Positions 29,873 through 40,219 of a DNA stretch of 64,000 bases are shown here, piece after piece (position 1 is the first letter of the stretch; each line of letters starts with the position of its first letter). The DNA lies in contig OY760505.1 of the NCBI GenBank assembly GCA_963663545.1, forward strand, positions 3,328,001-3,392,000, in the 5' to 3' direction. The notes under the pieces were generated by a model. The model saw only the letters and a program-made list of their open reading frames with translations. It ran no database searches and was not told the DNA's origin. The stretch comes from Candidatus Delongbacteria bacterium. Its GTDB lineage: Bacteria > CAIWAD01. The position numbers were made by a program, and so were the translations under genes.

Positions 29873-30903
29873 GCGCTCTCCCCGGCGGGATTGGCGACGT
29901 AGCCAGCGGCGATTAACTCGTGTATCACGTGGCAGACGGCGTCCACCGGAATCTCTTCGAGTCGCTCAACCTCAAGGCAGGCGCCCTTCGTGGGCTGAGA
30001 GCGCGTGCGTGACGCAGTGGCCAGCCAGCGTTGGGCGGGATCATCGGGCTGAGTCCAGCACTCGGGGTGCACGTGGCCGAAGACGGTCACGGTCGGCACT
30101 CCATTCAGCGTTGCCAGGTGCTTGGGACCGCCATCATTGCCAGCGAAGAGCGCGCAATAGCCCATGAGCGCGCACAGTTGCGGGAAGCTGGGCAGCGGAT
30201 AGTCCACCAGCACTTCACGGGTCATCATCTCTGCAATAGCCTGGGCGTCCAGCTGTTCACCGGGACCATGAACCAGCCAGGGCAGAAAACCGCGCTCGGC
30301 CAGGCGATCGCCCAGCTCCGCCAATTTCGCAGGCGGCCATTTTTTGTAATTACGACGACTCACGCCAAAGAGAGCCACAACTGGACGCGTAAAAAACTCC
30401 TTGGCGAAGTGGCGCGCCCAGGCCTCGTCTACGCTGGTGACGGGGAATTCCAGCGCCAGATTTCCGGGCGCCAGGCTGTCATCACCGCTCATGCGCAGTT
30501 TCTCAAGCGCGGAGTACTCCGCACCCCGTTGCGTAATCAAGCGATTGTAGCACAGTCGACGAAATGTATCACGGGGGAATCCCGTGCGCAGGCGAGCGCC
30601 TGTAAACAGGGTCAGAAAGGCGGTCTTTGGTAGCGCCTGAGCGTCAATCACCCAATTATAATGACGGCCGCGCAGCACTTTGAGCATGGCGCCAAACTCG
30701 GCCAGACCAGCTTTTCTGGGGCAGATCACGACCCGGCGAACATTGGGGTTGTGCTCAAGCAACTGCGCGCCGGCGGCTTCGCAGAGCACGTCAATCTCCG
30801 CTTCGGGATGAAGCTGTTTCAGGCGTCTGAGCAAGGGTGTGATCATCAAGATGTCACCCAGCTGGCGCAATTGTATCACAAGGATACGACGAATGGCGCT
30901 CAC
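29869..30903 (-). CDS. Glycosyltransferase family 9 (heptosyltransferase-like)
   Basis: LRQLGDILMITP, KKWP, GNDGGPKHLA. Confidence 0.9.
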   Translation of the reverse strand: MSAIRRILVIQLRQLGDILMITPLLRRLKQLHPEAEIDVLCEAAGAQLLEHNPNVRRVVICPRKAGLAEFGAMLKVLRGRHYNWVIDAQALPKTAFLTLFTGARLRTGFPRDTFRRLCYNRLITQRGAEYSALEKLRMSGDDSLAPGNLALEFPVTSVDEAWARHFAKEFFTRPVVALFGVSRRNYKKWPPAKLAELGDRLAERGFLPWLVHGPGEQLDAQAIAEMMTREVLVDYPLPSFPQLCALMGYCALFAGNDGGPKHLATLNGVPTVTVFGHVHPECWTQPDDPAQRWLATASRTRSQPTKGACLEVERLEEIPVDAVCHVIHELIAAGYVANPAGESA

Positions 30904-31295
30904 GCTTTCTTACCCGCCTGATAATCCACGTATTCCTTCTCTTCCACCAGCGTGCTGCCGAAGTGTTCGTTCAGGCGCCGCTTGATTTGAGCGCGTTCGT
31001 CGTTGGTGTAATACACGCTGCGTGCCAACTCGACGAACTCGGCGCCAAAATCCTTGCGGCTCTCCAATACACGCAACTGATCTTCCACTTCCCAAAGGCG
31101 GGAATTGATGCGGACCAGTTCGGCTTCCAACTCCTGATGAGTCAGGCCCTTTGTATCACAGACCTCCAGCAGGGCGTCCAGCTCACGCTTGACATTGGCG
31201 CGACGGCCTTCATCTTGAAACTTGTCCAGCTTGATACGCAGAATGGAGACCTTGTCCAGCAGCTCTCCCACGGAAACGGGTACCGATACGATCAT
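30900..31295 (-). CDS. DUF6165-like protein
   Basis: VSVGELLDKVSILRIK...FVELARSVYYTNDERAQIKR...EEKEY. Confidence 0.8.
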   Translation of the reverse strand: MIVSVPVSVGELLDKVSILRIKLDKFQDEGRRANVKRELDALLEVCDTKGLTHQELEAELVRINSRLWEVEDQLRVLESRKDFGAEFVELARSVYYTNDERAQIKRRLNEHFGSTLVEEKEYVDYQAGKKA

Positions 31296-31309
31296 CTTCT
31301 ATCCTTGGT

Positions 31310-33199
31310 TCACACTTGAAATTGCAGTTCGTAGAGCTTGCGGTATTCGGGCGAGATTTTCAGCAGCTCCTCGTGAGGACCGATGCCGTCGATGTGGCCG
31401 TCCTTCAGGCAAACAATGCGGTCGGCGCGTATCACGGTGGACAGCCGGTGGGCGATCACCAGCGCTGTACGGCTGCCGATGCTGCGGTCCAGGGCCGATT
31501 GGACCAGCTTCTCGCTCTCGGTGTCCAGCGCACTGGTGGCCTCGTCAAAGACCAGAATCTCCGGGTGCCGGTAAACGGCGCGTGCAATGGCAAGCCGCTG
31601 TCGCTGTCCGCCGGAAAGGTTGGTGCCGCCCTCGCTAAGCAGTGTTTCGGGGCCACCCATTTCCTTTACGAAGGCCGTTGCGTTGGCCAACTCTAGTGCC
31701 TGTCGGACCGCTTCAGGATCGGGGTCAAGCTCGGGGTAGCCCACATTTTGAGCAACGCTCATGGCAAAGAGCCATGTGTCCTGACCCACCACGCCGAAGA
31801 GCCGGCGCAGGTCGTGCATGCGTAGCTCGCGCAGATCGCGACCGTCCAGCGTGATACATCCTTCCGCGGGATCCAGCAGGCGTAACACAAGATTGGCCAA
31901 TGTGGTTTTGCCGCTGCCGCTGCCGCCCACCAGCGCCAGCATTTCGCCTTTGCGCAGGCAAAGATCGATGTTCATCAACACCTGCTTGTCGCCGAAACGG
32001 CAGCTCACCTTGTGCAGGCGGATCTCCTCGTGGAAGCCCGTGACAGGAGCCGCGTTCAATGCCTCCACCACCGTCGGCTGCTCGTCAAAGAGCTCCAGCA
32101 GCCGATCGCCAGCACCGGTGCCACGCTGTAGATCGTTCCAGCTGCGTGCTACAACCTTGAGGGGATGCAACATCGAAAGCAGCGCGCCGAGGAAGGTGAG
32201 AAAAGCCGGACCGCTCAGATTGCCTGCGCCCGCCAGCACGCGGCTGCCGCCGTACCAGAGCATGAAGACCGCCACCAGCATGGAAGCCCACTCGCCGAAG
32301 GGCGTGGACAGCGCGCTGACGTACTCCAGTTTGCGCACGCGGCGGAAGTAGCTGTGGGTGGCTTCGGAGAAACGGGCCTGCTCGCGGTCGTGGGCGTGAA
32401 AGACGTGCACCACGCGAATGCCCTGCAGGTTTTCCGATAGGCGCTCGGAGACGCGGCTGATGTGCTCTTGAGCGCGACGGCTGTACTTGCGCAAGCGCTG
32501 GCCGATATACTGCAGCGCGCCCACGGCGGGAGCCAGCACGAAGATGGAGATCAGCGTCATGCGCCAGTCGATGAGCAGGGCCAGCGAAAGGTAGACGAGG
32601 CTTTGCAGCAGGTTGGACAGCAGATCCACCACCTTGGTGATGGTCAGGCTGCGCACCACCATCACATCATTGATCACTCGGCTGATCAGCTCGCCCAGTT
32701 TGTAGCGCTGGTAGAAGTCCAGCGACAGGGTCTGCAGGTGACGAAACAAGTCGTCGCGCAGTTCGCGGATCAGGGTTTGCTCCACATGTACGAAGCACAT
32801 GCGGTAGAGGTACTGAGTGAGGATCTTGACGGTGATCAGCACCAGCGCCAGTTGACAGAGCATCAGCAGTACGGTGTGGGGCGCATAGCGGGTAAAGAAA
32901 TCCGCCAGCTCGGTCTTTAGCAGCGTTTGCTGCGCGGCGAGCTGCCCCGCGTCCAGCACCAGAATGCGCAGCGTGTGTAGCGCCTGGCCCGCGAGCTGCC
33001 AGACACCGTGCCAGATATCGGTACGTGTGCCCAAGGCCTCGGCGGGATTGTCGCCGAAAACGCCCTTGAAGAAAGGATAGATCAAGCCGATGTTGGCGCC
33101 CGCCAGCAGGCTGCTGAGCAGCATGAAGACGAGCCCGGCGCCAATCTGTGTCCGGACGCCGCGGACGTACTTGAGGAAGTGTCGTGTTAATCGGAACAT
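31310..33199 (-). CDS. MsbA-like ABC transporter (permease + ATPase)
   Basis: TM domain, GGSGSGKTT, LSGGQRQRLAIARA, VFDEATSALD, IAHRLST. Confidence 0.92.
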   Translation of the reverse strand: MFRLTRHFLKYVRGVRTQIGAGLVFMLLSSLLAGANIGLIYPFFKGVFGDNPAEALGTRTDIWHGVWQLAGQALHTLRILVLDAGQLAAQQTLLKTELADFFTRYAPHTVLLMLCQLALVLITVKILTQYLYRMCFVHVEQTLIRELRDDLFRHLQTLSLDFYQRYKLGELISRVINDVMVVRSLTITKVVDLLSNLLQSLVYLSLALLIDWRMTLISIFVLAPAVGALQYIGQRLRKYSRRAQEHISRVSERLSENLQGIRVVHVFHAHDREQARFSEATHSYFRRVRKLEYVSALSTPFGEWASMLVAVFMLWYGGSRVLAGAGNLSGPAFLTFLGALLSMLHPLKVVARSWNDLQRGTGAGDRLLELFDEQPTVVEALNAAPVTGFHEEIRLHKVSCRFGDKQVLMNIDLCLRKGEMLALVGGSGSGKTTLANLVLRLLDPAEGCITLDGRDLRELRMHDLRRLFGVVGQDTWLFAMSVAQNVGYPELDPDPEAVRQALELANATAFVKEMGGPETLLSEGGTNLSGGQRQRLAIARAVYRHPEILVFDEATSALDTESEKLVQSALDRSIGSRTALVIAHRLSTVIRADRIVCLKDGHIDGIGPHEELLKISPEYRKLYELQFQV

Positions 33200-33538
33200 G
33201 GCGCTAAAGATAGGGAGTCGGGGCGACTTTTTTTGCCTACGCGGCGGGCGTCCCCGCGGGGCTTTTTGCCGAAGTAGCCCCTCGTATTACAGATGTCGGA
33301 TTAGTGCCGACGGGGTCGAAGCTTCGAGCTCGACGGAGCGGTCGAGTCGGCAGTGTCTAGCCGAAGGCGAGACACACTTTGGCAGCTCGAGACCGATTCT
33401 GTCTAATGCCGCTGACGAGAAGTGAGCTCCAACGTACTTTGCGTCATCTGCTAGCCATTATCCATCGAAGTAACGATAACGAAAATTATTATATCGATAC
33501 AGGTTTGAAAATGCACGATAGTGGTGGATTGTGAACAG

Positions 33539-33588
33539 GAGGGGTCTGACACGTGTCAGAGTAGTGTCTGACCCCCGTCTGGCACCTC
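33539..33588. repeat. 50-bp palindromic dispersed repeat, copy 2 (intergenic)
   Basis: 48/50 identical to the reverse complement of 6296-6345. Confidence 0.9.
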
Positions 33589-33742
33589 GAGAGCCATTCC
33601 GTCCACACCAGCTGACACTGAGCCACTTCCGACGCGCACCACATTTCGGAAATCCAATCTGTAAATCGATGTGGCGGGGCGATTAGATCCAATGAAAGAG
33701 CGGGCTTTCGTCCGCTCCCTGGAATCTCGAAAGAGAAGAACT

Positions 33743-33777
33743 CGATACCGATAGCGATAGCGATACCGATACCGATT
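33743..33777. repeat. Hexamer tandem repeat (CGATAS)x5 plus a partial unit
   Basis: CGATAC CGATAG CGATAG CGATAC CGATAC CGATT. Confidence 0.85.
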
Positions 33778-33803
33778 GGGAAAGCCCAATACCGGGGCCC
33801 CGC

Positions 33804-36140
33804 TCACTTCAGCAGCAGAACCTTGCTTTGCGCTGCAAGCGACCCCGCCTCCAGGCGCACCAGATACACACCACTCGCCAGCGCAGCGCCATCAAGAAGG
33901 GTCTGGTGCTCACCCGCGACCAAGTCCTCGTTCAGTAGCACGACCACTTCGCGACCCAGCAGATCGTAGACGCTCAGGTGTACGCGCTGGGCATTGGGCA
34001 GAGTGAAACTCAGCATGGTGGAAGGATTGAAGGGATTGGGTGCCGCACTCAGGCTCAAGCGCTCAGGCAGATTGCTGGGCTCCTTCACGTCCACGGTGCC
34101 GCCGTTCCAGCTGAAGCGAATGTCGCGTACATGGAAACCGGCGTCCTCTTCGTTCTCGTCGGTCTTGACGCGGAAGCCGAAGTAGAGTGCGCCGCCGAAG
34201 TAGGCTTCGGGTACGGGAAGGCTGTAGTCGCGGATCGCCAACCCGCTCTGGCCCGTGTAGGCAGCGGCGGTCTCCCAGATTTCGCCATCGGCGCTGAACT
34301 CGACAAAGGCTGTGTCGTAGGGCGCTTCCATCTGCCAGACAGCGGTGAAGTTCAAACAGGCAGCGGTTGTGCTGCGTACGGGCAGCGAAAGCTGCACGGG
34401 TTCCGTGATACTCAGGCGGCAATTGGTATTGGGGTTAGACCAGAAGACCGGCGTGTCGGCAAAGTGATTGCCCAGGCTGTCATCCCAGGCGTTGCCCCAG
34501 TTGCAGTTCGTGCCCTGCTGGGTGAATTCGTCAAGAGTCGTGTACTCGTGATCGAATCCCAGCTCGTCGTTGTTCAGACGTGGCCAGGCGGTTTTGTGGA
34601 GTTGTGTATCACCAGCGAGACTGAAGTCGAAATGTTGGTCGATATAGTCCGCGAATCGCACCAGCGCGTGATACACGCCTTCCGGCAGACTCAGGCTGAG
34701 GTTGTTATCGCTGCTGAGGTACAACGTGGTGTCGGCGTCCACATTGTAGAGCTCCACGCGGTTCCAGTTCAGCGGCGTTTCCGAACCCGCCTCCAGTACA
34801 TTCAGGCTGAAGTTGTACTGTGGTAACTCGCTCAGAATCCAGTGACGATTGGTGGGCAGACTGGGACCTACGTTGACGGTCGTATCCAGCGGGGCATAGC
34901 CGAACTTACGCACGCGCACGGTGTAGGGCGCGGGCTGCAGCAGGCGGTGATGCATTCCCGTAGTTCCCCGCGTTTTGTAGTACGGCACGCAGTCGGCGTC
35001 CATCACCTGATCCAGCGCGATACGTGCGGCAAGTGGTTGATCGACCTCGTCCGTGATACGCGAGAAGAGCGCTGGGGCGGCGACCTCGTAGCCCACACAG
35101 CGCTTGAGCAGCCAGTAAAGGCCGTCCAGGTTCTCGTCGACGATGAAGTGAATGCGGTCCCAGTTCTGCGGCTGCATGCCCTCACTGGCGTGCCCGCCGA
35201 TTTCTGCCGTCATGGCCACGCAACCGAGTTGCGCGTACATCCACATGTTGTGTGCGCCTTTGCGACCGCTGCCCGCGTAGTTGCGGTAGAGACTGTGATC
35301 CAGCGTCTCGATCTGATCCGCCATGGTGCGTGTCAGCGCTTGCTGCATCGTGTAGTCGAGCGCGGGGCAGGTCTTGATGCCATCATCCGCAACGCCAAAA
35401 TCCCAGGCGTGAATCAGGATCTCGAAGTTGGTGCTGGTACGCGCGCTGTGATACTGCACTCCAGCGACGGGCTGGGTGGCCAGCAGCAGGTCGCGCATGG
35501 CGGCGGTTTCCGACTCGGAGAAGGGCGCCGGACCGCGGAAGTAGTCGAACTGCTCCACGTCGTCGTTGTCGGCCCACAGTGTATCCCCGTGATTCCACCA
35601 GAAGCCCCAGTTGCGGTTGAGGTCGACGCCGCAACTATCGTTGCCAACACCGGGGAAGATTTGACAGTGGCCGTCCGGTGCAAAGGAATGCAAGTTCTTG
35701 CGGAAGGTGACGTCTTCTTCTTCGAGCACCATCTCCAGGCCGTCCGGATTCCAGCAGGGGACGATCCAGATTTCCAGGCTGGTCAGAATGGGCATCCAGT
35801 CGGGGTGCTGAATACTACCGAAGTAGGTCAGCTCTTCAATGGCTTGCATGGCCACTTCCACGCCGAGAATCTCTTCGGAGTGAATATGTCCGCCCACGAA
35901 GACCGCCGGCTCACCCTCGTCCACCGTCGGATTGTCGGAAATGCGCACCGCCAGGAGCGGAGTGCCGTTGACGTGACTGTAGCCGAAGGTGGTGGTATGC
36001 ATCCACTCTGGATACAGGGTCTCCAGTGAATCCAACTCGTTGGTGATCTCGGTGTAGTTGCGGTAGTAGTCTTCCAGTGCGGCCTGGGCGCTTGCCACAA
36101 GTACTAGCAGGCAGATCAGCGGTAGGGTCTGGCGCAGCAT
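33804..36140 (-). CDS. Secreted M14 zinc carboxypeptidase with T9SS type-A-like C-terminal domain
   Basis: Signal peptide MLRQTLPL...; HIHSEE, NPDG, GVDLNRNW, PFSESET; C-terminus PNPFNPST...VYDLLGREV...SGVYLVRL...KVLLLK. Confidence 0.9.
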   Translation of the reverse strand: MLRQTLPLICLLVLVASAQAALEDYYRNYTEITNELDSLETLYPEWMHTTTFGYSHVNGTPLLAVRISDNPTVDEGEPAVFVGGHIHSEEILGVEVAMQAIEELTYFGSIQHPDWMPILTSLEIWIVPCWNPDGLEMVLEEEDVTFRKNLHSFAPDGHCQIFPGVGNDSCGVDLNRNWGFWWNHGDTLWADNDDVEQFDYFRGPAPFSESETAAMRDLLLATQPVAGVQYHSARTSTNFEILIHAWDFGVADDGIKTCPALDYTMQQALTRTMADQIETLDHSLYRNYAGSGRKGAHNMWMYAQLGCVAMTAEIGGHASEGMQPQNWDRIHFIVDENLDGLYWLLKRCVGYEVAAPALFSRITDEVDQPLAARIALDQVMDADCVPYYKTRGTTGMHHRLLQPAPYTVRVRKFGYAPLDTTVNVGPSLPTNRHWILSELPQYNFSLNVLEAGSETPLNWNRVELYNVDADTTLYLSSDNNLSLSLPEGVYHALVRFADYIDQHFDFSLAGDTQLHKTAWPRLNNDELGFDHEYTTLDEFTQQGTNCNWGNAWDDSLGNHFADTPVFWSNPNTNCRLSITEPVQLSLPVRSTTAACLNFTAVWQMEAPYDTAFVEFSADGEIWETAAAYTGQSGLAIRDYSLPVPEAYFGGALYFGFRVKTDENEEDAGFHVRDIRFSWNGGTVDVKEPSNLPERLSLSAAPNPFNPSTMLSFTLPNAQRVHLSVYDLLGREVVVLLNEDLVAGEHQTLLDGAALASGVYLVRLEAGSLAAQSKVLLLK

Positions 36141-36592
36141 CGGCTTCCTCGGTTTGCTGTTGTCGGTGACAGATTTCCGGAGATCCGGACCGGGGTTCAG
36201 GTCGGGACGACCGCACTCTTGCCTCGGTGAGCGCAATCGAGGTTCAAGTATAATGAAGCGGACTGGCCTCAACAAGGTGTGCCTTGCGCTATGCAACTTG
36301 GGCGCAATCACAACTGCCCGAAGGCGTGAACACATGACCGAAGTAGTATACCAGCTAACGCGACTTGCCTGCCAGCGGGCAAGGAGGAGGGGGACCCCGA
36401 CGACGGCAGAAGAGCTGCGCCGCGATAGCGATCCGGCTCGCGGAGTCGGCCGCGATCGTGATAGCAATTCCGATTGCGGAGAGAGGGAGCCACTGATTAA
36501 TGCGTTCAGAAACGTACGCCTCATGTGCAGGATCCGGCACAATATAATACCGGAAAAAACGCAAATTGCTGATAAATAAGAATTGAAGCTCT

Positions 36593-36608
36593 TGGCATGG
36601 ATTGTGCT
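36593..36608 (+). promoter_or_regulatory. Sigma-54-type -24/-12 promoter
   Basis: TGGCATGGATTGTGCT: GG(36594-95)-N10-GC(36606-07), in an AT-rich intergenic region. Confidence 0.6.
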
Positions 36609-36743
36609 CCGTACGTTTTCGCAAAATCAAACGGTCCAAACACCCAATAGGCCCATCCACCCTCGGGCCGGGGATTTCGGTGCAACGCCGGAGTCAGTTT
36701 GGCCAAGTGAGTGTGTCGAGGTTTGGTTTTGATGCTAATTCCG

Positions 36744-36772
36744 AAAGCCGTCCTGGCAGGGACGGCTTTTTT
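36744..36772 (+). terminator. Rho-independent terminator upstream of the TPR cluster
   Basis: AAAGCCGTCC-tggcag-GGACGGCTTTTTT. Confidence 0.8.
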
Positions 36773-36847
36773 ACTCTCCTTGCAGATAGCTTCTCCAGAT
36801 ATCCAATGGCATTTCCGATACACTCGCTAAGGTTATCAGGAGCCCGC

Positions 36848-37543
36848 ATGCCGGAAGAAGACCAGAATCAGCTTGAAGCAACACAAGCTTTAGCCATGCT
36901 GTTACGGGAGCTCGCTGTCGGCGAGAGGGCCACAGTGGGCGAAGCGGCGGCTGTTGAGGCCGTTATTGAAGCCTGGAACAAGCTCCCGACATCCCTTCGC
37001 CCGGCGGATCCCGAAGAGGCCGCTCTCTTGCGAGTGGGGATCAAACTGGCTGAGGAGCTGGAGGACACACACGCACTGCGCGATCTACACCGTCGCATGG
37101 GGCGATTGCTGTTGGCACGTGGGCAATGGCAAGCGGCAACTATGCATCTGGATCACGGAGTGACCTTGGTGCGTGCCTTTTACACCGAAGAGTGCAAGCG
37201 CATCTCCGCTCACACGGCGCAGCAGTTTGAGTCCGAATTGCACGAGGTCCGCGAAATCCGATTGGCCGGTCGGCATCGCGAATTGGCTCAGCTACATCGT
37301 CGCATCAGCGAAAATACATCGCGTCTGGAGCGGGCCGTTGCCGATGTTCGCGCGCTGAGTCGTTTGCTGCCCATCTGCAGTTCCTGTCATCGAATCCGCG
37401 ATGATCAGGGCTTCTGGAGTGAGGTGCACGAGTACATTCGCCAGCACAGCGAGGCCGACATTCAATTCGATCAATGTCCTAGCTGCAAGGCGAAGAGTGA
37501 CGCCATAGCAGGCGGCGACCTCGAGGAGGATGCGCATGAGTGA
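36848..37543 (+). CDS. Short TPR-like + coiled-coil + four-Cys zinc-ribbon protein (cluster gene 1)
   Basis: ATG after AGGAG; C-terminal LPICSSCHRIRDDQGFW...QCPSC. Confidence 0.8.
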   Translation: MPEEDQNQLEATQALAMLLRELAVGERATVGEAAAVEAVIEAWNKLPTSLRPADPEEAALLRVGIKLAEELEDTHALRDLHRRMGRLLLARGQWQAATMHLDHGVTLVRAFYTEECKRISAHTAQQFESELHEVREIRLAGRHRELAQLHRRISENTSRLERAVADVRALSRLLPICSSCHRIRDDQGFWSEVHEYIRQHSEADIQFDQCPSCKAKSDAIAGGDLEEDAHE

Positions 37544-38858
37544 GTTGCAGTCTCAGGCCGCCGATTGGCGCTCATCGCTTGAAGCAACACTATCCGAAGC
37601 CGAGGCCGTGTTGGAGAAGAACCCGGCGCAGGCGGAGGACTTGGCGCGCTATGCTTTGAATTTGCTGCCGGCAGAGGCTGATCCGCTGAGCTCAGCCAGA
37701 ACGGGGTGCGTACTGGGACGAGCCGTTCTTGCCTGTGGCCGGGTGCGAGAAGCCTTGAGCTACTTGCGGGGTGCAATGGAACACGCCCGACGCAGCGGTG
37801 AGCCCAAACATCTTGTGCATTGTATGCTGCAACTTGGCAGGGCCTGCAACCGGATCAGCTGGTTTGATGAGGCTGAACGCGTTTTACGTGACGCGCTCAC
37901 TCTGGCCATGACCGAGGATCTGCTGGACCAACACGCCGAACTCTGGGGAGAGCTTGCCACCACTGCCGAGTATCAGGACGATTTGGATGCCGTGTTACAC
38001 TGTCTGAATCAAGCCCTGGGCACTTGCCTTGAACAACGGGATCACGTGTGTTACACCCTGATGCTGCGCCGCGTATCTGTGCGCATAAAGCAGTCCGCGT
38101 TGGATCTGGCCCGTGCAGATCTTGAGCGCGCTGCCACGATTCTGGAGCGGCTGCGTGATACAAATGACGCACCTTCGCATCTGGCACGCTACGAGCTTCA
38201 TCGCGGGCAACTTCTGTTGGCGGCAAGACAATTCGATGAAGGACGTCGACATGCGCGTCAGGCCATCCAGAGCTTCCAGGAGGCTGGCGATGAGGTGGCC
38301 GTGTGCGACTCGCTGATTCTGCTTGGCAAGTTGGAAGCCGAAGCGGGTCACGCACCACTGGCCTTGCCGCATCTGAGAAAAGCGCTGGAATTGGCCGCAC
38401 GGCTGGGTTCACGGGAGCGTGAGCGCAGCATTCGTCTTAGTCTTGCAGATCTCATGCACGATCTGGGTCACTATCAGGATGCCTACGACTTGTACGAGCA
38501 AGTATTGGAGCTGGGGACAGGGATTTTTAGCGAGGAGAAGCAGCGACTGCGCGATGAAGTTGAGGCGCGTTTTGAGATTGAAGTACACCAGTTGAAACAC
38601 GCCGAACTGACGCAGCTACGTCATGAACTCGAGCAGAGCAATCGTGCTCTTGATGAACGAAGAACGAAGCTCAGTGCTGCGCTTGAAGAAGTTCAGCTCT
38701 TAAGTGGACTGGTGCCTATCTGCAGTTCCTGCCGCAAAGTGCGCGACGATAAAGGCTACTGGCTGCGTGTCGATCAACATCTTGCAACAAGCGCAGATGT
38801 GAACTTTCCCACCTGTTTGTGTCCGGATTGTGCACAGCGCGAAGAAGGCGATCGATGA
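37536..38858 (+). CDS. TPR + coiled-coil + four-Cys zinc-ribbon protein (cluster gene 2)
   Basis: RBS GAGGAGGA; MalT-like TPR helices; VPICSSCRKVRDDKGYW...CLCPDC. Confidence 0.85.
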   Translation: MSELQSQAADWRSSLEATLSEAEAVLEKNPAQAEDLARYALNLLPAEADPLSSARTGCVLGRAVLACGRVREALSYLRGAMEHARRSGEPKHLVHCMLQLGRACNRISWFDEAERVLRDALTLAMTEDLLDQHAELWGELATTAEYQDDLDAVLHCLNQALGTCLEQRDHVCYTLMLRRVSVRIKQSALDLARADLERAATILERLRDTNDAPSHLARYELHRGQLLLAARQFDEGRRHARQAIQSFQEAGDEVAVCDSLILLGKLEAEAGHAPLALPHLRKALELAARLGSRERERSIRLSLADLMHDLGHYQDAYDLYEQVLELGTGIFSEEKQRLRDEVEARFEIEVHQLKHAELTQLRHELEQSNRALDERRTKLSAALEEVQLLSGLVPICSSCRKVRDDKGYWLRVDQHLATSADVNFPTCLCPDCAQREEGDR

Positions 38859-40219
38859 GTTCCACGGAACAAGAGAAGGCGCTTCTGTTACAGGAGCAGC
38901 TTACGACGGCCGAAGGCGCGACCCGCGTCGATCTTTTGATTGAGCTTGCACATGCTTCGTGGTACATCGATCCTCGCCAGACGGAAAGTGCAGCCCTGGA
39001 GGCGCACCATCTGGCAGTAGAACTGGGCTTGCAGCGGAAATCGGCGGAGGCACTGAATCACCTTGGTATCGCCATGTACATGCTGCAGCAGTACGATGAC
39101 GGCGAGGATTACCTGAATCAGGCCATAGCCGAGGCGCGAGAAGCGAAGTACAATCGAGTCGTCATCAACGCCTATTCCAACCTGGGAGCCATTTACAGCG
39201 TTCGTGGCCAGTACAGCGAGGCTTTGACGGTCATGTATCACGCACTGACATGGATCGAGGAGCACCCGGAGGAGGGCGTTGATCCCTGGCCCATGCTCAA
39301 CAACATTGCTTGCACCAATAATCACATCGGTGATCAGGACAACAGCCTGGCGTATCACAGACGCGCATTGACACTGGCTCGTGAGCACGCCGATGATGCA
39401 CAGATCGGTACAACGCTGACCAACCTTGGCATGATGCACAGGCGGCGCGGACAAATGGATACTGCGCTTCGCATGTATCACGAAACCCTGGCACTCGCAC
39501 AGAAGGCGCAAGCTGGACGACGGATTGCACGTGCGTTTTCAGAATTGGGTGAAACACTGCTGCAGACGGGCAAACCGGCTGAGGCCATGCCATACTTGCT
39601 TGAGGCTGAGAAGCTGAACCGAAAACTGGAGAACTACCGTGGCTTGCAGGCGGTTTGGGCCAGTCTGGCACACGCGTTGACTAGCCTGAAGCGATACGAG
39701 GAAGCCAAAGAGTTGCACGCTCTTGCTGCACGTCTAGCCAGGCGTGTGGGCCTTGTCATGAACGAGTTCTACAACAAGCGGGATCTGGCGAAGCTGCTGG
39801 ACAGAGAGGGCGAATGCGAGCGGGCTGCAAAACTGATGGACGAGTCGCTGCGCCTGGTGGAGGAACGTGAGACAGGCAAGAGTGCGGCCTACACGGGTGA
39901 GCTCAACGCGCGGTATCTGGGAGAATTGCAGCGCCTGCGCACGGTCCACATGGAACGCGCCAACAATGAGCTGGAATCAGCCAACGACCTGCTGAAACGA
40001 CGTCAACGTGAGTTGGCAGATACGCTGAGCCGTGCTCGCGAGATGCGCAAACTGATCCGGATTTGCCCCACTTGTTTGAAAGTCCGTGAAGACGAGGGCT
40101 ACTGGAGTCGCATCGAAGTCTACATCAGCGAGCATAGCAGAACTGAATTCAGTCACAGCCTGTGTCCGCAGTGCATGAAAGCTCTTTATCCTGATTTGGA
40201 TCTCGAGGGTGAATCGTGA
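38855..40219 (+). CDS. TPR + coiled-coil + four-Cys zinc-ribbon protein (cluster gene 3)
   Basis: Canonical TPR (ALNHLG, YSNLGAIY, LTNLGM); IRICPTCLKVREDEGYW...FSHSLCPQC. Confidence 0.88.
   Translation: MSSTEQEKALLLQEQLTTAEGATRVDLLIELAHASWYIDPRQTESAALEAHHLAVELGLQRKSAEALNHLGIAMYMLQQYDDGEDYLNQAIAEAREAKYNRVVINAYSNLGAIYSVRGQYSEALTVMYHALTWIEEHPEEGVDPWPMLNNIACTNNHIGDQDNSLAYHRRALTLAREHADDAQIGTTLTNLGMMHRRRGQMDTALRMYHETLALAQKAQAGRRIARAFSELGETLLQTGKPAEAMPYLLEAEKLNRKLENYRGLQAVWASLAHALTSLKRYEEAKELHALAARLARRVGLVMNEFYNKRDLAKLLDREGECERAAKLMDESLRLVEERETGKSAAYTGELNARYLGELQRLRTVHMERANNELESANDLLKRRQRELADTLSRAREMRKLIRICPTCLKVREDEGYWSRIEVYISEHSRTEFSHSLCPQCMKALYPDLDLEGES

Noticed and set aside
33743..33777. CRISPR array
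   Set aside because: Short hexamer tandem repeat with no spacers and no cas genes.
36597..36650. 17-aa ORF as a peptide ligand for the TPR proteins
   Set aside because: No RBS or signal-like sequence, and it overlaps the predicted promoter.
36141..36847. N-terminal extensions of ORFs 33804-36542 and 36602-37543
   Set aside because: Signal peptide and RBS support starts at 36140 and 36848; the extensions run through repeat, promoter and terminator sequence.
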